DNA of 64,000 nucleotides from Trichinella spiralis. Lineage: Eukaryota. A program made the translations under genes and the position numbers. The notes under the pieces were generated by a model that ran no database searches, was not told where the DNA came from, and saw only the letters and a program-made list of their open reading frames with translations. Numbering within the stretch: the stretch's first letter is position 1; the number at the start of each line of letters is the position of its first letter. Below are positions 26,271 through 42,200 of the stretch, piece after piece. The stretch covers positions 6,053,008-6,117,007 of the forward strand of contig NW_003526941.1 of assembly GCF_000181795.1 (NCBI RefSeq), in the 5' to 3' direction.

Positions 26271-27819
26271 TTTCAATTTCTCAAATAAGCTCACAAATCT
26301 GAAGGCGGAAAGTGATCAACAAATGATGTTTGAACTTCAAAAACATAAAATTACATAACCATCACAACTTTAACGGAAGATGAATACAAAATAAACTTTC
26401 AACACAGTGCATACTGTAATGTTAAATGTGCTTCACGTACAAATGACAAATAATCTTTATTATTGCTTGTAATAATTTCAGTGATTTGTAACAAATTTAT
26501 AACAGTCATCATTAAAACTATTCAAATTTATAAAATAATATAAAGTATATTTCCCGTATTTGTATGTATAAATAATTATGCAAATTAGTCACAAACACAT
26601 GATATAATAACAACAACGATAATGAGAAATAGTAGTCAATGTACATAAAAGTTATTTATGTTCAATTCTCTATAATAAAATGTATTAACATTTTTATTTC
26701 AAAATTTTAGTGACATTGAAAACTTTAAAAAAATAAATCGAGTCTACGGTAAATTGTACTTTCATGAGAGATGACGTGTAAGCGGTGATGAAATTTATTG
26801 TTACAATGGAATTTCAAGATGATGAAAGTAATGCTGTTAACCCCTATTTCAAACTGAGGAAAGTATTTCAAATGTACCATTTTTTATTTATAAAATAATT
26901 TACATTTTTTTAAATTACAGTATTGAGTATTCAGTTTTATTTGATAAAGTTCGTAAGCAAAAAAACAGATTCAGTTAATTATTAATGTAAAACAAGTTTA
27001 CATGAACATGTATTATCATTTCTGCTCTATTTATTTTTGAAATAGCAAAATCAAATCCCAATATTTTAATAAACAGATACCCGATGTATTATTACTTCGA
27101 TTACTTTTTCAAAATAAAAAATAAAAACGGCAAATACCGCAATTATCTTAATCTAATGGTATAATTAATTCGAAAAATACAATTTTATACTTTTCAGTTT
27201 TAGTAAAATTATGCTTAAATTCTTTTACGAAACTTAAAAATGAAATAATTCTCGGTGTATTAATCGTAATCACATATATTCATTCGGTGGAAAAATAAAG
27301 AAAAAAAGAACATTAATCGTTCATTTAATATCATGTGAATATTAAACCCGACGGAATTCAACGTCTAAAATTAAAACTTCAAGTTAGGCTTAAATTTCAG
27401 ATGACGCTTACTTGATCTTTGAAGTAAAGTGCACTTCTTCCTACTGTGGTTATGATTTTTCACGAGGAAAAGCCAATTGAAAGTGACGCAAACCTTGACC
27501 AAATTAAGTCTGAGGAGGAAAAAGCGCATAATGTTTGTTCGTTTACTGTAAATTGTTCACAGATTTTGAAAAATTTACTTTCACCGTTACTGTTCGACGT
27601 AACCGGAAATTAGTTGTAATTTATTTATCAGTATATTTTTTTATTGGTCGAACACAAAATAAATGTTTTGATAAGTCATGTTGAATAATAGACTAAAATT
27701 CATGCGAACCTTAATTTAAAAAAATAAACCAGCGAAGCGATTTTTAAATTCGTCTTCAGTTAACCAAATAGCAAGTAGTCGAATAATACTTCATTCTTGC
27801 TGTTAACCGGATGCCGATA

Positions 27820-29252
<1,433 letters not shown>

Positions 29253-30582
29253 TTATGCTGAACAAATTCCAATTTTCCCCTAAAAATATTGAATTAATAA
29301 TTAAAAATGACATATTAAACATTAAAAACTAACTCTAGAACTTTGTCAACTGCACAACACCACCGACAACTCGACCACTCAACGATAATGCAAGTGTGCT
29401 ACAGTAAACTATTAAACATCAGGCTGTAACTTTTTTATATCACATTGTTACTTTTTAAAAAAATTTTATCACAATAAAAAACAATTATAGATTACAATTT
29501 TCTTCAAATTATACTCCATTATAAAAACAGAAACGGCAATACTCGCTAATTATTTTTTTCAAAAAATCAACACCATAGCCATATATTTTAATCTATCACA
29601 TTCATTTTTTTAATTTTTTAATTATTATTATTTAATTCGTTATTTTTTTAATAAAAATATATTGATCATTATAATAACAATGACCATACAATAAAAGATT
29701 ATCAAGTATTTGTAAAATATTTAAATTATGTTGCACATCTTTTCATACTTTGCGAAAAAAGCAAGATTATCTTCAACTAAATTTCAAGTGAAATTATTTA
29801 ACTAATTAATAAATGCGGAATAAAAATGTAAAATTAAAATATGCTTTGTTAGCAAAAAATATTAACTTCATGTTTAAGTAATCAATCATTGGGTAAAAAT
29901 AAGAAAACGCCCAAGAAAACTTATCTACTTCATGAGGTAACTGATTAAAAATAAACATAATTTTGACTTTTAAATTTTATAGTACTTCATAAATTTAAAT
30001 AATTCAATCAATTTTGCTTAAATAATTCATAAAAACATGATACTTTGCTTAACATATTTAAAGTTTGTAAATTAAGAACGACTACTTTGTCAAACTTCCT
30101 GAATAGTCAATTCCTCTTTTTTCGATACTTCTTTTTTTTCTGCATTGCTTTTCTGCTGTTAATTTGGAGTTTTCGGTTATCAATTCAATGTCATTTGGCA
30201 AAAAATGTGAAATGAAGGTGAAGGTTTTAGATTTTAGTTGATCATTGGAACTTCACTATGCCCGTAATGTATGATAATAAATTGTGTTGCACTTTCAAAA
30301 GGATTACTGTGAACTAATTGCATTCTAATTAGAAGTGACACAATTAAATAGTTGCACTTGTAAAAGTGCAAAGCCGATCATAAACAAACAAGCATTGAAA
30401 ACCGAGTAATTATAATTACTAGTTCATCATATGTAATACCCTAGTTCTGTAGCAAGTAAGTGTGAAATAAGTCGGAAACAACTGCTAAATTTTTTCTCAA
30501 AAAAAATTTCAGATATATTCAGTTCTGCATATTACTTTATTTTGAAAGTGATAAACCAAAACTAATTTCCAGAACTACTGAA

Positions 30583-31665
<1,083 letters not shown>

Positions 31666-32487
31666 TTACAGCCTTAAATTATAATTTTGTTAAAATATTT
31701 CAAAATGAGATTCCTCAGTAAAGACTTTTCTCATGCAAAACGTATAATACAATATTCCTATGCTGCATAAAATAAATTACATTCGTGTAAATTTTGAAAA
31801 AAGAAAAAACTGAATCGAAATGCGCTTCACAAATATAATTATGTATGCGTTACTGTAGAACATTTTGATTTACAAGTTGTTTTACAGCATTAATCATGAG
31901 AGGCTTATCATTTTTAATCATCACATATATCTTTTCCATTTCCTATATAAGCCGTTTAAAAATAAGACTTTGTAAACTTTAAAAGAAAATGGAAACTTAC
32001 ATGATTTATTATTTACAATTTTCTCAAAGAATTATTAAAATGTAAACTAGTAACTAACTACACAGTTACTTTAATAAAAATTTGAATAAAGCACCCGATT
32101 ATTAATTTTCTTTTTTCACATTTATGCTTATTTTGTTGGACCCGTTCATCCTATGCTTAACACTGCTGAACAGTTAACAATAAAATGAAATAAATTTGTT
32201 AGGCTGTGTATGAAACAGCTTTTTGTTGTAAATTATGCATGTTTACAATAAAATTTCAGAAGCCATACGTTATTCAACAATAGTCAAATTTTCGTTCTGT
32301 AAAATAAACTCTTCGCGTTTCATTAACGTTGCACAACGTATCACTTCTAATGTATAGTAAAATGTACTGTGGCTATTGGTCATAGTATGGCAATTCATAA
32401 CCAAAAATATTAAATTACTGATTTTTCACTCCTTTATTCCACATACAAATAAACGATAAGCCGAAACGAACTGTAAAAAACGTGATA

Positions 32488-33286
32488 TTAACGTTTTCTT
32501 CGCAATGATAAAGTGTTTCGACGTTTCCATGCTTTTCTTCTGCTACCACCAATAGTCTGGGAATATCCGATGCCTAAAAATTAACAAAACATTAATTATT
32601 ACATGCTACAATTATAAATACAAACAAAAAACAATATATGCAAACCTTTTCCTAAACCGCGAGATCTTTTTCCCGCCTTTGTCAAGCCACGCATTTCACG
32701 ATGTTTCATAGTCGGCTTACAAATCCATTGTAAATCTGGATCACGACGAATTGCTTTATGCATCGGATCGACCAAAATCACTTCATAAAATTTAAATGTT
32801 GAATCTTGGCCAACCCAATAAGAATTCAACACTCGCAAAGCTCCACATCGACGACCAACTCGTTGCTGAAATTTCAATTCTCTTTTAGCACCTGAGAATT
32901 CTGTGAACAAATAAATTAATACTTCGGCAATTGACTGCAAACTTCGCTTCATTTTCAACTGGTTAACACCATGATTTTTTGGTTTCCCATAAGTCTGACC
33001 TTTGGTAACCTTGCGTTTACGACCACCTCGTCTTACACGAACTCGATATATTACAAAACCTAAAAGAGTAAAAAATAGCTGAAAATATCAAAAATCTTTA
33101 AATATCAAACATACCTTGTTTAGCAACATATCCAAGACGCCTTGCTTTTTCCGGACGTGTTGGTCGCGATGCGCGGTGTATAGCTGACAACTGTCGATAA
33201 TGCCAGGTTCGAACTCGAAGCAAAAAACGCATAACGTCACTCTGCTTCTTTCTCCATATCTCTTGCATGTACCGGTAGGCACCCAT
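32488..33286 (-). CDS. RPL15: 60S ribosomal protein L15 (eL15), 4 coding exons
   Basis: [73 protein letters not shown]. Confidence 0.98.
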
Positions 33287-34141
33287 CTCACCTGTGCAAA
33301 AAAGTTTTTTTTAAGAAACAAAATACAACTGGGCATATGTACATGTATATATATAAGCGGTTCGCTTTCTTATCTATCACAAAATCAATCATCAAGTAAA
33401 TGAAGCAATTAGCAAAAACCAAAACTTTTTAACACAAAGCAACTATTCATCAATACGTGCCAAAAATTTATAAGTAATTGTAATTCTTTTATGTTATTTA
33501 GAATATAAAACAATACATAAAAAATAACCTACTGGAGCAATCAATTGAAATATAAGACAAACTCCAACTTGTCAGTTTAAATACAGTATACCTACCATAT
33601 ATCACAAGTTCAAATAAATAAATATTATTTTTATCAAAATAAAAAATTACATATTAAAACTTATTTATTTAATTTTCAATAAACTATTTAAGTTGGATTT
33701 TTAATTTTATTCTAAATTTAGTTGAATTCAACATTTATAATTAACATTAAATAAAACTAAATATTTTAATGCTAAACCATACTTGCTCACATGTTTTATC
33801 ATATATTTGTATTTAATGAATAAATAAATTGATTCATTGATAGAATTTTGTGTTTTTTAATAAAAAGATATAAACAGTGAAATTGGCCATTTTTGAAAAC
33901 AACTTACAAAGAAAAGTAAATTTTACGGGCATATTAAAATTTGTTTCATCATATGCCATGCTGAAAACTTGTACTTTACGTTTTATAATACTGAAATACA
34001 AAATCCATTGGTTATTTAATATGAGAATAAATCGACAATTTGAAATTATAAAACTAAACAGATTGTTATGTAAAGTAGATCAGCAGCACTTGATGGCGAA
34101 CTTTGTCTCATTTGTTATTTTGCATTAGCATGGTGAAAATT

Positions 34142-34513
34142 TCAAAATACATCCAATTCTTGAATTGAACAAGCAGAACACACGCGAAGGCAGTACACAT
34201 CCCAATAAGAACAATGTAGACAGCAAACTCTCACTGACGTCGGTGAAGGAACACAAACAGAGAAGCATAAAAAATCCCAGGCGGTGCATGCTTCGCAGTA
34301 GATTGCACTAATGTGCGGAACGGTACGACAAGACCTGAGGCATGCCCAATCGTAAAGCGAACATTCATAACAATAAATCATTCCAGTAGACGGTGAACAC
34401 GAGATAATACAATAAAAGTCAGTCACTGAACATAGATTACACTGCTTCACATTTAAACATTTTAAACTGACATTAAGAAGTAACAATATAATAACGTAGA
34501 CAAACTTTTTCAT
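34142..34513 (-). CDS. Small secreted protein with four C-x2-C-x3-D-x2-C-x3-C repeats, intronless
   Basis: 123-aa ORF with signal-peptide-like MKKFVYVIILLLLNVSLKC; repeats CNLCSVTDFYCIISC, CYECSLYDWACLRSC, CEACTAWDFLCFSVC, CLHCSYWDVYCLRVC. Confidence 0.8.
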   Translation of the reverse strand: MKKFVYVIILLLLNVSLKCLNVKQCNLCSVTDFYCIISCSPSTGMIYCYECSLYDWACLRSCRTVPHISAIYCEACTAWDFLCFSVCVPSPTSVRVCCLHCSYWDVYCLRVCSACSIQELDVF

Positions 34514-34886
34514 ATTAAAACTTTAATGTAAGACGGATAAAACTCACGTAAACAAACGTATATATCGATGAATTTCATAAAACAAAAATACATGCCTCGC
34601 AATCTATATACAAATAATGATGACATCGTAGAGCATGTTGAAATTGTACATTAGGCATCTCATAGGTTTTCAACGATTTTTTTTATTGACGTCATAAGTA
34701 AATATTCAACAGAATACGGTAATTTTCTACAATTGACAACAAATAGACAAAAACTTGAATTTACTTTAAAGCGAAAGTTTGAATTCTGCTTCAACATGAA
34801 GAATTGTGAAAAATCTGAAATTTAAATATTCAAACAAACAGAGACCAGTAGTATGAAAGATGAAGGAAAGAAAATTTTTATTCTGT

Positions 34887-36243
34887 TCAGACAGAACTTT
34901 TTTTCATATCAAAATTTCTCCTTTTTTTCAAATGTGCATTGCCTAAAATTTTCACTGGAATAGTGATAAAAACCATCGCTATTCCCAGTATGCCTAATTC
35001 AGTGATGTCATGCTTGTAAAGAATGCAAGAAATAAGAATGGAAAGCGCCTGTCTTATGGTCATCATCAAAGTAAAACCGACGGCACCAAAGTGACGAATG
35101 GTATAAAATATGAAAAACTGTCCCACAGCACCAGATAAAGAAGAAAGTAACAAATCTTCACCAAAGTTATCATGCTGCGTTATGAATCGAAATGAAGAAA
35201 ACAACCGTCCTTGTCTGATAAGTGATATCAGTGTTAAAACGCAACTGAACATATTAACACCGCTCATCATTTGCAAAGATGATATTTTATATTTGTCGAA
35301 CAACACATTTTGCCAGTTGCTTGTAAAGCTATCAAATACCAAATAGCCGATCATTAATGTAATTCCGGAAACTGTTACGGATTCAGTGGAACGTGAAGAC
35401 GAATGCTTTCCACCGAACAGCATGAACAACGACACGCCAATAGCTATCATCAAAGCGCACGTATAGTCGTGGCGGGAATAAATTTTTCTTTGGACAACTT
35501 TACCCATCAACATCACCGGAACCACTTTTGAGCATTTGAATAACACTTGAGCTGGAAAAGAAATGAATTTCAACGCTTCATACTGACACCAACTGCTCAA
35601 GATGTTCGCCAAGGATGCGTAAGAAAATTCATACAACGGTGCAATCACTGCATCTGGCTTGGTCAACAAGAAAACAGCAGTGCTTATTAAAAATGCAATC
35701 AGTCGATTGAAAAATACCAAAAATTCTGAATCTTGAAAACCATCGTACGATCTGACATTGCTTACAGCCGAATTTCTCCTAATATAATTCTGAGTCATCA
35801 CCTTCTCTTGCAGAACACCCCACGTTATGTACGTAACTTGAAGACCGACAAAGCAAAAGCACAAACGTAAAAATGTAGAAAACAGAGTTGAAACATTCGA
35901 GTGCTCAGAATCAGAAGCTTGTATCATCTTGGATTTGTTAGAAAATTTTCGACCATAAAACAATATGCTTAAAAAAAAGTTATTAAATCTTCCTTCAACA
36001 TTTCCATCTGAAAGAAAATAACATAAATCTACATTGACAAAAGTAATTAACTACGGAAGAACCTGTTTCAAACTTTTCGTCTTTGAAACACGCTACAAAA
36101 AGGTAACAAGGCAAAAGCACCATAGCATATGTCATGCAGTCGTCAACAAAACGAAATAACCAAAATTCAGTAAATGACGATATAAATGTTGCAGTATAAT
36201 TTTCGCTAGTAGTGAAAAATTCCGCGTCGTCCAGAACCCACAT
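34887..36243 (-). CDS. SLC35B2: PAPS transporter 1 (SLC35B2 / pst-1), 2 exons
   Basis: GLQVTYITWGVLQEKVMT, SQ/EFLVFFNR, SSWCQYEALKFISFPAQVLFKCSKVVPVMLMGK, FDSFTSNWQ, GQFFIFYTI; start codon tentative. Confidence 0.92.
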
Positions 36244-36803
36244 AATTCAATTGCTTGAGGAAAATATCAGAAAAATAAAAATCGTTTCCAAAATTATAAA
36301 ATTAAACACCATTACCTTTTCACTGAGTAAATTGCACAAAATGCACATCCAGATGATAGGACATTTGGACGCAATAAAAGTTATACATACTGTATTTTCA
36401 AAAGTGATGAAGTTGAATAATTGAAGATTTTATTAAAAATCACATATAAAATCAAAATTCGATTCGATTAGTAAAAGATTTTATCTATTCTATTGTTACA
36501 GTTTTTTCTAATTGACGTGTTTACAAAAATAATACCATAATAAAACTTTTATTCCTTTTATTTTGTGAAAGTCATAATTATGCAGATATACTTCAAAATT
36601 TCAAAATTTGGTTGAATTATATATCTAATGTAGATTATTATCGTACAAAAAATAATACAATCCTACTTGATTGTGGTGTACTGTAGTTAAAATTAATAAG
36701 GTATATTTTAAAGTGTGAGCGGAGTATTTTTAGAAGGTAAAATTTCTTTTGATACAATGTAAAGTATTATTTATTGATAAAATTGTTTTTTATTTTCATA
36801 GGA

Positions 36804-37406
36804 ATGAATAATATTCATGCAGTAGAAGGAACAGAAAACGATGGAGATGTAGAAAATCGAAATTCTATCGAAGATGCATTCTCTGAAGATATTCCAGTAG
36901 CGGAATTCATTGGCGATGTTGAACAGTTTTCGATTAAATCTGGTCTCTCATATCAAGAAATTATTCAGCAAGCTACGCTTACTCTTCATCGTTATAAAAT
37001 GATAGACAGACATGTGCGACAAAGTGTTGAACGATTGGCAGAGAAAATTGTCGACATAAAGAAATCATTGCAGTGCTGTTTTTTGCTGGAGCAAAAATTG
37101 GCAACTTCGGAATCACTGATTACTCATGTTACGTTGGCAGATAATTTGTTCAGCAAAGTTTCAATTCCACCTTCGAACAGAGTTTGTATATGGTTAGGCG
37201 CGGATGTCATGGTCGAATTCACCGTAAAAGAGGGTATTGAGTTTCTGAAAGGAGAACTTGAAATTGCTGAACCAAGAAAAGAGTCACTTTTGCAAAAGCT
37301 GGATTTCATACGCGAACAAATGACAACTGTTGAAGTGAATATTGCTATGGTTCACAATTACATGGTTTTGAACCGTAACGAAAGCTCAATGGTCGAACAG
37401 AAATGA
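36804..37406 (+). CDS. VBP1: Prefoldin subunit 3 (VBP1, alpha type), intronless CDS
   Basis: IPVAEFIGDV..YK..LADNLFSK..RVCIWLGADVMVEF..LDFIREQMTTVEVNIAMVHNY; ATG follows a TTTTCATAG acceptor. Confidence 0.92.
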   Translation: MNNIHAVEGTENDGDVENRNSIEDAFSEDIPVAEFIGDVEQFSIKSGLSYQEIIQQATLTLHRYKMIDRHVRQSVERLAEKIVDIKKSLQCCFLLEQKLATSESLITHVTLADNLFSKVSIPPSNRVCIWLGADVMVEFTVKEGIEFLKGELEIAEPRKESLLQKLDFIREQMTTVEVNIAMVHNYMVLNRNESSMVEQK

Positions 37407-38237
37407 GAAATAGCAAAATGCATTGAAATCATTTATCGCTTTCAATCGGACGTATTGTACATTAGAAGTAAATGTTAGTCTGTGGTAAATTGTCGTGATT
37501 TTTTCAGTGTATCAGTATAATTGAAATTAAATTGAAAAGAATGATTTTAGATTTTATTTATTTTAATGGTGATTACTTTCCATTTCAAACAAACCAACTA
37601 AGCCAAACTGATTTCTAAGTCAATCACGGATCGAAGACATTTTAAAAAATGATAAATTAAGAAAACGTCTCTATATATTGCATTGGGCAGCCTAATTTTA
37701 AATGACCAATCAATCAAACAGAACGTCAAGAAATGATTTGCTTTGCATGTTAGTCACAAACATTAATTACGCAAACTAGGTAATGTGGGAAAAAGAAAAC
37801 AATTTACATGAATTTTAAAATTTTTTGAAATATTACAATTAGCTATGTAATTTTTTATTTTTCAAACTTTCAAGATTATTTTTAATTTTTTAAACAAAAA
37901 TACTTTTCAAATTTGTACTTGCATTATATTATTAGAGTACTATAAATGGCACATCTGATGTCTTGTTCTTCAAAGTTTGACAGAATTGTTTAGCTGAAAA
38001 AGTAATTGGAAATATATTTTCAGTTAATGACCTAAATATTGAATTATTATGTTTCTAATAAAAGTTTTATTCAATTATTTATTAGATTGTGAATTTTCGT
38101 GAAAGCATTTTGATCGCTATGCTGTTAATTTGTTGTTTGAAATTTTCAGTTTTTAGCTTCTCAAATATATCTCGATTTCTAACCTGGGGTTTTAGGTTTG
38201 ACTTTTAATTCGATGTGTGCTGAGCGTCAACATTACC

Positions 38238-39017
38238 ATGGCTGATTCGAAGATTATGTGTCATACGAGAAGACGAGCTCGAATTCCGCCGGTAAGTTTG
38301 TAGCTTCTTTGTCTCCATTTGGAATTGGATCTACTTTTTCTATTTTCTATTTTCGCTGCTTCAAGGTGAAAGTCAAGCGTGTATTACAATCGAATGAAGA
38401 AGTTGGCAAAATGAGCAACGCAATACCAATCTTATTTTGTACGTTTGGTGTTCATTTTTAGTCGAGTTTATTGTTTAATGTTGTATTGTTTATTAGCTCA
38501 ACTATTGGAACATTTTATTGAGCAGTTGTTGATCAAGGCTGACGAAGTAGCAAATGGCTTGTCTGTGAAGACTTTAACTCCAGTCCATATGTATGAGTGT
38601 TGAATTATTTTAATTGAAATTTGATGATTAGCTCAACTAATATATATATTTCTTCTTTTTGGTAAACTTATCAAGTTGAACAACTAGCTAATTAGTTGTT
38701 CTTTTATTATTGTCTTTTTTATCTAACCATATGTAGTTTTGTATAATCCAAATGTTGTATTTTATAGAAAATTTGCTGCTCTCAGGGAACCGACGTTCAG
38801 TTTTTTGAATCCACTGTTGGCAGAATTTGGAGATTATTCCAAAGATCGCCGTGCTATTTCTCTGCTGGAACCGCATTCCAGTGGTTCTTTGCTGGTACAA
38901 CAACCGTCCATTAAACGATTCAAACGATCGAAATCAGTCGATTGTATTAGTGATGATGGAAATGAAGACGACGACGATGATGACGATGATAAGCATCCTG
39001 CAGAGCTTAACAATTAG
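38238..39017 (+). CDS. DRAP1: Dr1-associated corepressor (NC2-alpha), histone fold, 4 exons
   Basis: Spliced product ARIPP/VKVKRVLQSNEEVGKMSNAIPILF/SQLLEHFIEQLL..KTLTPVH/..FSFLNPL parallels NC2-alpha [37 protein letters not shown]..FDFL. Confidence 0.82.
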
Positions 39018-39269
39018 CAGGTTTCTTTTACCGCACATTAGTGTTCATGACTATTTTATTTATTATCTATTAACTTTTAAATAAAAGCATTGTGAAAATT
39101 CACCTCAAATGAAATTCATGAATTAATTTTTTCCCAATAAAAATAACTTACGCTATTCAATACAGCGCGCTGTATAAGCAAGCAAGCGCACAAAAGGGAA
39201 CGAAGGAAGGCACACACAGTTGAATAATAACACGTCAAACCCAGCAACTGATAATTATCATCAGCATCA

Positions 39270-42200
39270 TCACTGACTCTCGATAAGAACAAGCAAATCA
39301 CCGGCGTTGCACTTCATCGCTGGCTTAGCAAATACAGTTTTCACTAAACCGTCAATTGGACTTTCAATGATCATCTCCATTTTCATAGCAGTGATCACAA
39401 TCAACGGGGCTGCAGCACAATTAGAAATAATTTTATTTTAATCGTGCAAAATGTACTTTTCATTAAATAAATTTGCTTACTTTTCATCTTCACTACATCA
39501 CCCTCTTTAACTTTGATCTGCAATACTTCCCCAGGCATCGGAGCACCTACAGATCCAATCACAGTTGGATCGGCTTTCGGATGACTCGTATCATCCTGCA
39601 AAAGAAACATATTATATTAATTTAAATTTAAGAAAAAAAAAGCTTGCTCAAACGCAAAAAATTATTAATAAATCACTTTGCTGGCTTCTTTGTCTTTCAC
39701 AAGGAAGCTTCTCAATTGTCCATTCAATTCTAAAAACACTTCTCGCTCGCCTTCAGCATTCAAACTGCTCTTCGCTAGCATTTTAATACGCATCGATTTC
39801 CCTTTTTCCAATTCAACCTGATTATTATAAAAAAAACAAATAAAAAGCGTCACACACTGTAACAATCTATTATAAAATGGACAAATATGAAACAAAAAAA
39901 TTGTCAACACGGAGTTAATTTTTTTTTTCAAATTATTTCAAAATTGTTGAAACAAATGAATGTTGACATCCATTTCCCTGCGATATGAAGCTTCGCAAGT
40001 TTACATGAATACAAAAAGTGTTTCAAAACTCTCAAACAAATTAACTTTCCTTTCTTAAACCTCTGTTTGCTTATTATAACAATCCACATGCACATGCTAG
40101 ATAAACAATGTCTTAGCATGCATAAGTATAAGTAAATATATTAAAAAAATTATTATTATCATTATTACGTTATAAAAAAGTCATATTACGTCAATTTCTT
40201 CGCCGTTGCTGAGACCCATGAAAAAAGCATGGGTTGGCAATTTGTCCACGGGTCCATATTTTTCAACAAAGGTCAAAAAATCGTCCGTCACTTTTGGATA
40301 CATTGCATACGAGATGACATGAACATCACTAATATCAATAAATCAATTAATTAATTAATTAACGGTCTGCATTTGCTTACCGAATCTGTTTTTCGTGTTT
40401 CTGTTGCAACTGTTGTCGAAGGGTTTCAAAATCGACCGGAGGCAATGATTCTCCCGGTCGACCGTCGATGCGTTCCCTGTGGCGCAAGATCTGCGTACGC
40501 AGCGGTTCCGGAAAACCGTAAGGAGGTTGACCAATCATGCCTTGCATGAATTGCACAACACTCTCCGGAAAGGACAACGTCGACGCCTGCTTCAACAACG
40601 TGGGACCATCCAAATTGTTGTGGACCATGAATTGGGCAAGATCGCCGACAATTTTCGACGTCGGAGTCACTTTGATCAGCTTTCCCAAAAGCGCATCCGC
40701 TTCGACGTATTTCCGTTTGATTTGCTCAAATTTGTCGCCCAAGCCCAGCGAATAGGCTTGGAATTGTAAATTTGTATACTGACCACCGGGAATTTCGTGC
40801 ACATACACGTCCGCATTGCCGCTTTTCATCGTCGTAGTGCATTCGAACGGTCCGTACAATTGTCTGGCCGATTCCCAATAAGCGCTGTACTTGCTGACGT
40901 CGGCCGAATCGATACCTGCAAGCAGAATCCAATCCAATGCTAACATCATCAATCAGCACGACTGAAATACGGAAAAACGACTTGCCAGTGTGAAATGGAG
41001 AATCATTCAAGACGGCAACCATGGCACCCATGCTCGGCTGGGACGTCATGCCGGACATGGAATCTACCGCAACGTCGATAATATCCGCGCCAGCTTCGAC
41101 GCAAGCCAACATGCTAGCCACGCTCACACCGGCAGTGTCATGGGAGTGGACGTGAATTGGCAAATCCGGAAATCGATCCCGCAAAGCAGATAACAATACT
41201 TTCGACGACCGTGGTTTCAACAGACCAGCCATATCCTGAAAATTGAAATTCAGAAAAAAAATATGCAATTCAATCGTCGTTTTTTTCTTCGTCTATTCAA
41301 TCCTACTTTTATACAAAGAATATGCGTGCCCGCTTTGACAATTTCGTCTGCCAATTTTAAATAATAATTCAAATTGTACATTTGTCGGTTGGAATCAGCC
41401 ACGTCGCCCGTATAAGAAATTGCCGTCTCTATAACACCACCTAAACAAATAAATAGAACATACAAAATGAGAAGAAAAGAAAAACAATGCGCATTCAATT
41501 CAATCCTTTCCTGCATTGGCGACCGCTTCTATGCCAAGAATGATGTTCGGCATGTAATTCAAAGAGTCAAAAATTCGAAACACATCAATACCACTCTTTT
41601 TGGCTAATTCACAAAATCTGAACCATATACGAATTATGAAAATGAAAAATAATCAAAGCAGCAAAAGTTGAATAATTCACTTCACTACAACGTTGTCCGG
41701 ATAGCTGGTGTAGCCTACAGCATTGGCGCCACGTAGCAGCATTTGAAACGGTATATTTGGTACATGTTTTCGAAGAATTTCCAACCTTTCCCATGGACAT
41801 TCGTGCAAAAATCGCATTGAAACATCAAAAGTAGCTCCTGAACTAAATATAAGTTATTAAGCAGAAATTAAAATATTATAATTTACAACAACTTCACCTC
41901 CCCACATTTCTAGGCTGAACAAGTTGGGCATAGCGTGGGCAAGAAATGGAGCGATTCGTTGCAAATCGTAAGTGCGAACACGTGTTGCCAATAAACTTTG
42001 ATGCGCATCTCGAAATGTTGTATCCGTTAACAAAATACCTCTGTTTTTGCGTATTTCTTTCGCAAAATTCACCGGACCCTTTTCAAGAAGTACATCTCTC
42101 CAACCTTTCAACAGTGGTCGCGCTATAAACAATAAATAAATTAATTAATTTTTCTTTTCACATAAATTTTCAACATATTCTTCACTGCGTACTATCATAC

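Noticed and set aside
26806..27531. Small plus-strand gene between DNAJB12 and UBE2D
   Set aside because: An ATG and splice-like signals exist, but every joining I tried hit early stops.
33293..33600. snoRNA upstream of the RPL15 start
   Set aside because: TGATGA boxes occur on the sense strand but no CTGA D box follows at a suitable distance.
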